Shown in pieces: positions 25,998 to 32,000 of a stretch of DNA of 32,000 bases. Numbering within the stretch: the first letter of the stretch is position 1; each line of letters begins with the position of its first letter. The notes below the pieces were generated by a model. The model did not search any database and was not told where the DNA came from. It worked only from the letters and a program-made list of their open reading frames with translations. Made by a program: the position numbers and the translations under genes. Source of the stretch: Allobaculum fili (GTDB lineage: Bacteria; Bacillota_I; Bacilli_A; Erysipelotrichales; Erysipelotrichaceae); assembly GCF_020969955.1 (NCBI RefSeq), contig NZ_JAHDSX010000014.1:19651-51650 (forward strand), written 5' to 3'.

Positions 25998-27314
25998 ATG
26001 AGCAGACTCTCCATTCTGGGAGCGAAGACGTCGGCCGGACTGCTGTCTCTGATTGGACGGGGTGGATCCATGCCGGGATCGATCGCACTGAAAATCGATC
26101 CGAACTCGCTTTCCAGACTGAAGTTTCGCGGACCGGTCATTCTTGTGACCGGCACGAATGGAAAAACCTCGACGGCGAACATGTTATCGTCCGTCTTTGA
26201 AAAAGCCGGGCGCAAAGTCGTCACCAACCGCAAGGGCGACAACCTGAAAGCCGGCATTACTTCGGCACTTTTGCAGGCGGCGAAAATGAACGGGGAAATC
26301 GATGCGGATGCTGTCGTTCTGGAAGTGGATGAACTCAATATCCGCCACGTTCTCCCGGTCCTTCCGGTAAAAGCGCTGGTCGTCAATAACTTCTTTCGCG
26401 ACCAGCTCGATCGCGCCAGAGAAATGGAGCAGCTGATTGATTCGATTGAAGGCGTTCTTCCCGAATACCAGGGCCTGCTCGTTTTAAACGGCAATGACCC
26501 GAATACTGTCCGTCTCGCGCTCAAGGCTCCGAAAGCCAAAGCCGTCTATTTTGGTCTGGCCGAAAACGCCTATTCCAAAAAGACGACAAACGAAGCGAGC
26601 GAAGGCAAATTCTGCCCGGTCTGCGGCGAGCGTCTCGAATACGATTTTTATCAGTATTCCCATATCGGCTCATTTCACTGTCCAAAGTGCGGCTTTAAAA
26701 CGCCAGAGCTCGATGTCGAACTGCAAGATATCAATCTGGACGATCAGTCTTTTGTGTTTGAAAACAAGAAGCACAAAGGACCGTATGAGGGCCTGTATTC
26801 GATGTACAACTATGCCGGCGTACTGGCGGCCAGTCAGGCGTTTGGCGTAAGTGCTGATGCGTTTGATGCCATGGCCAGAAGCGCTCCGCAGCCGGCTGGA
26901 CGGAATGAAAAATTCGAAAAGAACGGCAAGAGCGTCATTCTGAACCTGGTCAAAAACCCGACCGGAGCCAACGAAGTCATGAAGGTCATCGAAAAAGACG
27001 ACCGTGAGAAATCCATCGTTATCGTCTTAAACGACCGGGAACAGGATGGCACCGACGTTTCCTGGATTTACGACACCCAGTTTGAAAAGTTCATGAACGA
27101 TCAGACGAAAAAAGTCATCTGCACCGGACTTCGTGCAGGGGATATGGCGCTGCGCATGTACTTTGGCGGCTATACCGGAGACATGTCGATCGAGCACAAT
27201 CTCGAACAGGCCGCAGCGCAGGGACTGCAGGCAGCGGATGTGGTGTACGTCATGGCCACGTATACGGCACTGCTCGAAAGCCGCAAAGCCATTGAAAAGG
27301 AGATGTCGCTATGA
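25998..27314 (+). CDS. murT: Lipid II isoglutaminyl synthase subunit MurT (Mur-ligase-like)
   Basis: It has the Mur ligase P-loop VTGTNGKTST, the Cys4 ribbon CPVCGERL...CPKCG and a C-terminal DUF1727-like region. It is coupled to gatD. Confidence 0.9.
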   Translation: MSRLSILGAKTSAGLLSLIGRGGSMPGSIALKIDPNSLSRLKFRGPVILVTGTNGKTSTANMLSSVFEKAGRKVVTNRKGDNLKAGITSALLQAAKMNGEIDADAVVLEVDELNIRHVLPVLPVKALVVNNFFRDQLDRAREMEQLIDSIEGVLPEYQGLLVLNGNDPNTVRLALKAPKAKAVYFGLAENAYSKKTTNEASEGKFCPVCGERLEYDFYQYSHIGSFHCPKCGFKTPELDVELQDINLDDQSFVFENKKHKGPYEGLYSMYNYAGVLAASQAFGVSADAFDAMARSAPQPAGRNEKFEKNGKSVILNLVKNPTGANEVMKVIEKDDREKSIVIVLNDREQDGTDVSWIYDTQFEKFMNDQTKKVICTGLRAGDMALRMYFGGYTGDMSIEHNLEQAAAQGLQAADVVYVMATYTALLESRKAIEKEMSL

Positions 27315-28063
27315 AACTGAAATGCGCATGGATGTATCACGACATCATGGACCTGTATGGAGACAAGGGCAATATCATGACCCTGCAGAGCCGCGCAAAA
27401 TCGCGCGGCATCGATCTCGAGGTAACGACCGTCGGGATTGGTCAAAAAGCGGATTTATCCGCGTTTGATCTGGTCTTCATGGGCGGCGGCGCAGACAGGG
27501 AGCAGATGGCGCTGATTCCGGATTTGCTGGCGCGGAAGGAAAACATTTTAAAAGCACTTGATGGCGGTACCTTTTTCCTTCTGATCTGCGGCGGCTACCA
27601 GCTGTTTGGTCAGTATTATGAGACCGCCGATCACAATAAGATTCCCGGTCTGCAGATTCTCGATCTGTATACAGAAACCGGAAAAGGGAAGAGCCGCTGC
27701 ATCGGCAATATCGTGATCGATGCCGATCTCGATGGACAGACACTGCGTCTGATCGGATTTGAAAATCACGGCGGCCAGACCCTGAATGTCACCTCCCCAT
27801 TAGGCAAAGTCGTAAAGGGAAGCGGAAATGCGTTCAATGCGGGCTTTGAAGGCTATTACGACGGCCGAATTCTCGGAACGTATCTGCACGGTCCGCTTCT
27901 GCCCAAAAACGGCCGGCTCGCCGATTTTGTTCTGGCCAAAGCGATTGCCCGAACCCATCCAGGATTTACCCTCAGCGATCTGGCTGAGCTCGATAATCCC
28001 TGGGAAGCGGAAGCCCGAAAAGCTCTGCTCGACCGATTCGGTCTGCAGGAACTGGACGCATAG
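27311..28063 (+). CDS. gatD: Lipid II isoglutaminyl synthase glutaminase subunit GatD
   Basis: ATGA overlap with murT. It has the catalytic Cys in LLICGGYQLFG and His in YLHGPLLPKN. Confidence 0.9.
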   Translation: MKLKCAWMYHDIMDLYGDKGNIMTLQSRAKSRGIDLEVTTVGIGQKADLSAFDLVFMGGGADREQMALIPDLLARKENILKALDGGTFFLLICGGYQLFGQYYETADHNKIPGLQILDLYTETGKGKSRCIGNIVIDADLDGQTLRLIGFENHGGQTLNVTSPLGKVVKGSGNAFNAGFEGYYDGRILGTYLHGPLLPKNGRLADFVLAKAIARTHPGFTLSDLAELDNPWEAEARKALLDRFGLQELDA

Positions 28064-28187
28064 CTCCGATCCAGAGCGTAGAAAAGCCAGTCCTCATTTT
28101 TTCGATATCCATAATAAAAGCTGTGTTCTTATCCATTTTGGCTTTCCAAATGCCGGCTGCAGGCAGATCTGCCAGCCGATTCTCTGG

Positions 28188-28217
28188 AAAGCTGTGATGA
28201 GAGGACACAGCTTTTTG
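28188..28217 (+). terminator. Possible terminator downstream of gatD
   Basis: AAAGCTGTG, a 9-nt loop, then CACAGCTTT, followed by TTG. The U tract is short. Confidence 0.45.
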
Positions 28218-28271
28218 TATAGCCGATAAATAGGAACGGGGCGATTGGAAGTCTGTATACGGACCGGCGCC

Positions 28272-28838
28272 CTATTTGGATGGATTCTCCTCGTTTTCCA
28301 TATTGAAGCGGTAAATCTGATACGTTCCGTACAACCGGCATACCGCCGCGCGGATCACATCCACCATGAGCGTCTGCTGCCAGGAAGGCTCATCGAAAAT
28401 TTCCACGGCCGTATCGCCGCCCTCCATCACATTGTGCAGAAGGATTTCAAAGACGCGCACGAAACAGTCAAAGTCATGAGAGAAGCGGTCGCTTGAACTA
28501 ATTTCGGTATAAATCGTAATCAGGGAGGCGATCTCCTGCAGCGTAAAGCACTGCTTGAGAATCATGACTACATACAGATAGGCCAGATGATACGCTTTGT
28601 AGCGTTTTTTCAGCGGGGGATGAACGATGGAGTTTTTCACGTAATTATTGATCATGCTGGAAGTGATGCATCCCGGCTTCTGGTTGAAATAGAGCGGATC
28701 GAGCCAGCGGTTGAGCAGTTCCACGACCTGATCCATGTACAGCGGTACATTCGGGAATTCGGCAAAGCGCGGTCCCTGATAGGTCGCCAGATTGCGGGCG
28801 ATCTGATCGAGCTTTTCTTTTGATTCGTTGTCAGTCAT
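28272..28838 (-). CDS. DUF1836-domain protein
   Basis: The sequence ITSSMINNYVKNSIVHPPLKKRYKAYHLAYLYVVMILKQCFTLQEI matches the DUF1836 signature as I recall it. It is 188 aa. Confidence 0.75.
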   Translation of the reverse strand: MTDNESKEKLDQIARNLATYQGPRFAEFPNVPLYMDQVVELLNRWLDPLYFNQKPGCITSSMINNYVKNSIVHPPLKKRYKAYHLAYLYVVMILKQCFTLQEIASLITIYTEISSSDRFSHDFDCFVRVFEILLHNVMEGGDTAVEIFDEPSWQQTLMVDVIRAAVCRLYGTYQIYRFNMENEENPSK

Positions 28839-29160
28839 AGTCTCAGTTTATCAAAAATCTAAACAAGGGCCGGCTGGTTTTGATAGAGAGCGGCACAATT
28901 CCCCTGAAAGACGTTGGGATTCTGGAAAGGAAATACCCCTTTCTTGTCGTCTTTCCCCCAAAAATCGCATCGAATGGGAAAAAGGAAGCGTCTTTGAATC
29001 GGGAAAGAAATTCTGAAAAAGTCACGAAACCCGCCTTCAGGCTGCCATAAGACCTTCGGGTGTGGGAAGAAAGAGCAGGATAATGTGTACAATTGTGTTA
29101 TAAAACCCGGTGCGGTTGAGCCCAATGACAGGAACCCTTACAATACGGATGGTGATTTTT

Positions 29161-30099
29161 ATGAAAAAATGGATAAAACTGCTGATGGCTTTTTTACTGG
29201 CTTACAGCGCGGCAGCCTGTTCGAAGGAACAGGGCGCTTCGAGCGCACAGCTTCAGGAGGGGGTAACCCTTTCCATGGTAGATGTGCTCGAAGTCGATAA
29301 CAAGTCGGCCAATACAGTCTTTTTCTACTTTCTGGCCGGCGTAGACAATAATTCCGATTCCGTCTATCACATGAGCAACCTGGTGTATTCGCTGCGGGCG
29401 AAAAACAGCAATGACTTCAAAACGATCAATCCGATCGATCAGTTCAAGACGATCGTTACCAACGATGTTCAGCCAGGCCTGTCGACGTACATTTACGGCT
29501 ATATCGGCGTTCCCAAAACGTCAGATCGAAACCTTGGTCTTTACATCGAAAAGGATGATACTTTCCTTCCGTTCTCGTCCACAAGCATCCGTAAAATCGA
29601 TGATTCCAAAATCAAGAATTCCGATGAAAAGAAATTCACGATTTATGAAGATGAATATTACGAATTTGATGTGGATGCATCACAGCTTTCCTATCGTTAT
29701 GAAAACGGAAAGTCGATCATCGAAGGCTTGAAAATTAACTACCGCAATAAAACGGATCAGCGCCTGGTTGTTCCGTATCTTTCCCCGATCTGCACGATCG
29801 ACGGCTACGATTTCTCCGGTATGGCCAACGCCGACGAGCTCCGGGCAATGAGTCAGGAGCAGATCGAACAGTACGCGTTTACCGATAAAGGTCTGCCGGC
29901 AAAAACCGAAAGCATTCGCGCACAGTCGTACGGCTATGAGCTGTTCTATCTCGGACCGCAGCAGGAAGTTTCTGCTTCGATTCTCTTTGAAGCGCCGGAT
30001 TCCGTTCCAGATTTCGCGTCCAAACTCCACAATGGAATTACCGTCAATATCAATTCGCCGTCTTTAGGCTATCGACAGATTCTCAAAGTCGACTACTAA
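29161..30099 (+). CDS. Hypothetical lipoprotein with two beta-rich (DUF4352-like) repeats
   Basis: ATG at 29161 gives MKKWIKLLMAFLLAYSAAAC, a signal peptide with a lipobox Cys. There are two halves of about 130 aa with a beta-sandwich-like pattern. The ORF-track start at 29110 adds 17 non-signal residues. Confidence 0.8.
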   Translation: MKKWIKLLMAFLLAYSAAACSKEQGASSAQLQEGVTLSMVDVLEVDNKSANTVFFYFLAGVDNNSDSVYHMSNLVYSLRAKNSNDFKTINPIDQFKTIVTNDVQPGLSTYIYGYIGVPKTSDRNLGLYIEKDDTFLPFSSTSIRKIDDSKIKNSDEKKFTIYEDEYYEFDVDASQLSYRYENGKSIIEGLKINYRNKTDQRLVVPYLSPICTIDGYDFSGMANADELRAMSQEQIEQYAFTDKGLPAKTESIRAQSYGYELFYLGPQQEVSASILFEAPDSVPDFASKLHNGITVNINSPSLGYRQILKVDY

Positions 30100-30137
30100 G
30101 TCCAGAGATTTCTCCATCACAAATGATCTATAAAAAG

Positions 30138-30161
30138 CAGGGAGTCCTCCCTGTTTTTTTT
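30138..30161 (+). terminator. Intrinsic terminator after the lipoprotein gene
   Basis: CAGGGA-GTCC-TCCCTG followed by T8, with an A5 run upstream. Confidence 0.8.
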
Positions 30162-30428
30162 ATGGACTGCCCAAAACGATTCAAGCGTTCAAATTGGCAT
30201 GCATACGGCTTCTTTTTACAATGAAACACGTAAACAGAACAGATGAAAATCTGGCCGCAATGGCTGACCACTTTGCGGCGCTGTTACAGACCGGATAGAA
30301 GAAGTCCCTCATTCTTCTGCCCATTATCCCTCACGAGTCGGCGCGCGAGCGCAATGGCTCACGCATCAGGACTCCTGTTCGATTCCGGAATCATCCCGGC
30401 TAAGAAGGCGGAGTCTTTTCTTTTTGCC

Positions 30429-30468
30429 AAAAAAATTAACCCTCTTCCTGAATTTCGAAGAGGGTTAA
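30429..30468 (-). terminator. Intrinsic terminator of the MscS gene (minus strand)
   Basis: TTAACCCTCTTC pairs with GAAGAGGGTTAA in a perfect 12-bp stem. On the minus strand it is followed by T7. Confidence 0.88.
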
Positions 30469-30516
30469 GCGGTTATATTGGAGAAAAGATCGGTTCAGTT
30501 CGTTTGGCCGATCGGT

Positions 30517-31629
30517 TCAGTTGCCGGGTTTCGTTTCGTCGCTGGAGCTGCTTCCGGCTGCGGACAAAGAGGAAGAGGGCCCCGATCCATTTTGCGATTT
30601 GCTGCCTGACTTTGATTTGCCTGATTTCAGAGAAGCAGCGGACTGGCCAATGGGCGCGCCGCTGCAGGAGACTGCAGCGGCAGAAGAAGCGGAGGATGCA
30701 GAAGATGCCTTCTTTTCTACAGTCGCGTAAGATACTGTCTCTGGATGCAGCTCTGGACGCGTTTCGAATTGCGTTTCTGGACTGAAGGTTTCACTTGCTT
30801 TGGAATCGGTCTTATCGCTTTGTTCTTCCGTCTCTTTCTCTTTGTGAACGAGTTCGACTTCTTCTATGGAAGCGTGCTGCGGCTTATAGATCGAAAGATT
30901 GAGCGCAAACGTTTCAGCCAGCTGATGGCTGCAAAGTTCATGGTCCTTTACCTGGACGTAGCCAATGGCTTCCATGGTCACATAGCCGGAAGAAATCTCC
31001 CGAACGGTAATGTAGCAGGGCTGGCTTTTTTCCAGAAGCGTATTCTGCTTCATCAGTTCCAGCGCCTCCGTGCGGATTTTTGTCATATCGTTGCCAACCG
31101 CGACGGAGAAGGGTACTTTTACACGTACATATGGATATTTGGTATAGTTTGTGATCGTATCTTCTACAATGGTGGCGTTCGGGATAACCGCCTCTTTCTG
31201 ATTGTCGGTACGAATCGTTGTAAACATGAGTTCAATAGTCGTGACATACCCGCGATGGCCGGCCACCTGAATGTAGTCCCCGATTTTAAACGGTTTTGTC
31301 ACCAGAATCTGAATGCCACCCGCAACATTGGCCATATTGCCTTTTAAGGCAAGTGCAACGCCAAGACCTAAAGCCGATACGAGCGAGACAATGCTCGATA
31401 CTTTAATACCTAAAGCTTCGGCAGCCATAATGAACGATAAAGCGATGATCGCTATATTGGCTGTAGAGCCCAGAAACGTCATCAGCCCCTTATCCTGCGA
31501 CTTATCTGCGGCTTTCACGATCATCTTTTTCACGCGCGGTCCGATCAGAATGCCAGCCGTCACTTCCACAATGGGAATCCAGGCCGTCTGAAGAAAATGA
31601 ATCAGATCGGCGGACCAGTTGATTTTCAT
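30517..31629 (-). CDS. MscS-family small-conductance mechanosensitive channel with a long Ser/Ala-rich C-terminal tail
   Basis: SD AAGGGGG upstream. It has TM helices and the pore/beta domain LALKGNMANVAGGIQILVTKPFKIGDYIQVAGHRGYVTTIELMFTTIRTDNQKEAVIPN. Confidence 0.9.
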   Translation of the reverse strand: MKINWSADLIHFLQTAWIPIVEVTAGILIGPRVKKMIVKAADKSQDKGLMTFLGSTANIAIIALSFIMAAEALGIKVSSIVSLVSALGLGVALALKGNMANVAGGIQILVTKPFKIGDYIQVAGHRGYVTTIELMFTTIRTDNQKEAVIPNATIVEDTITNYTKYPYVRVKVPFSVAVGNDMTKIRTEALELMKQNTLLEKSQPCYITVREISSGYVTMEAIGYVQVKDHELCSHQLAETFALNLSIYKPQHASIEEVELVHKEKETEEQSDKTDSKASETFSPETQFETRPELHPETVSYATVEKKASSASSASSAAAVSCSGAPIGQSAASLKSGKSKSGSKSQNGSGPSSSLSAAGSSSSDETKPGN

Positions 31630-31715
31630 AAAATGCCCCCTTACTCTTCCATTTTAGAATCCCCGCAAAAAATTCCCTTCTGCCTGCCCGTTTACCCCTG
31701 ATTGGAGGAGAATAA

Positions 31716-31868
31716 TTGTACGTGGGAAAGATCGAGTGGATTTTGCTGCAGCGGATCAGTGCGCCATGGGAGAAACAAGGACAAGGATTGAGTTTATTTG
31801 AAAGATTCGAAGATTTTTTCGGTTTACACGTTTATGGTCTTGACAGGATGATTCTATGGTTGAAGTAA
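31716..31868 (+). CDS. Candidate 50-aa small protein (below the ORF-track cutoff)
   Basis: GGAGGAG (31704-31710) lies 5 nt upstream of TTG at 31716. The frame is open to TAA at 31866-31868 and reads MYVGKIEWILLQRISAPWEKQGQGLSLFERFEDFFGLHVYGLDRMILWLK. A terminator lies 65 nt downstream. Confidence 0.35.
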   Translation: MYVGKIEWILLQRISAPWEKQGQGLSLFERFEDFFGLHVYGLDRMILWLK

Positions 31869-31933
31869 TGAAATAGAACTTTCCCAATGAGCTTAACTAT
31901 ACAAATCGCTCGTTTTTGAAATTTCATCCCATC

Positions 31934-31969
31934 AGAGAGCCTTTTTCCGAGGCTCTCTTTTTAATTTTC
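31934..31969 (+). terminator. Plus-strand intrinsic terminator near the window end
   Basis: AGAGAGCC, a 9-nt loop, then GGCTCTCT, followed by TTTTTAATTTT. Confidence 0.7.
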
Positions 31970-32000
31970 CCCTGGCTCAATGACCATAACTACGATTAAC

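Noticed and set aside
30371-30402. A tRNA-like T-arm (TGTTCGATTCCGGA) suggesting a tRNA gene or att-site fragment.
   Set aside because: The T-stem has a mismatch, no complementary acceptor 5' arm or D-arm lies about 70 nt upstream, and there is no CCA. The motif is better explained as the 12-bp palindrome GATTCCGGAATC.
30243-30785. A 180-aa plus-strand ORF spanning the gap and the MscS tail.
   Set aside because: It is Arg/Cys/Ser-rich with no SD. It crosses the strong minus-strand MscS terminator and is antisense to the MscS low-complexity tail, so it is most likely spurious.
1-32000. A window-wide look for CRISPR arrays, IS or transposase genes, phage integrases, reverse transcriptases, rRNA or tRNA genes and long tandem repeats.
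   Set aside because: None was found by eye. The only recombinase is a chromosomal Xer-type enzyme embedded in a housekeeping operon, and the repeats are short hairpins or palindromes only.

Overview
This window looks like a chromosomal segment from a low-GC Gram-positive bacterium (Bacillota). The evidence is Spx, MurT/GatD and the Bacillus-type gene order asp23-nusB-xseA-xseB-ispA-dxs-tlyA-recN.

Positions 1 to about 18300 are housekeeping genes. They start with the tail of an AMMECR1 gene coupled to an AmmeMemoRadiSam-type radical SAM gene. Then come spx, a yebC-family gene, a ttcA-like gene, truB-ribF, the asp23-to-recN block, a tightly overlapping recN-dinB-methyltransferase-xerD string, and an Mrp/NBP35 ATPase.

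Positions 18300 to 32000 are more accessory. They hold:
- two translationally coupled TetR regulators
- three same-strand genes of unknown role: a membrane bPH-like protein, a small DUF3284/SRPBCC-like protein, and a DEDDh exonuclease fused to a TPR-like region and a basic tail
- a roughly 700 bp A/T-rich, ORF-poor, palindrome-dense region
- a GntR/HutC regulator next to an orphan PTS EIIA(Lac/Cel)
- a roughly 390 bp ORF-free segment with nested long-range helices ending in a U tract, upstream of a patatin-like phospholipase
- murT-gatD
- a divergent DUF1836 gene and lipoprotein gene
- an MscS channel with a long Ser/Ala tail
- a 50-codon sORF with a strong SD and its own terminator

I found no rRNA, tRNA, CRISPR array, transposase, reverse transcriptase or recognisable named defence system. 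The candidates for something undescribed are the bPH/DUF3284/exonuclease-TPR cluster, the structured ORF-free RNA candidate upstream of the patatin gene, and the palindrome-rich A/T region. All three are hypotheses from reading the sequence and have not been checked against any database. Several ORF-track starts are alternative codons (TTG/GTG) or upstream in-frame extensions. I trimmed those to the ATG that has a Shine-Dalgarno sequence.
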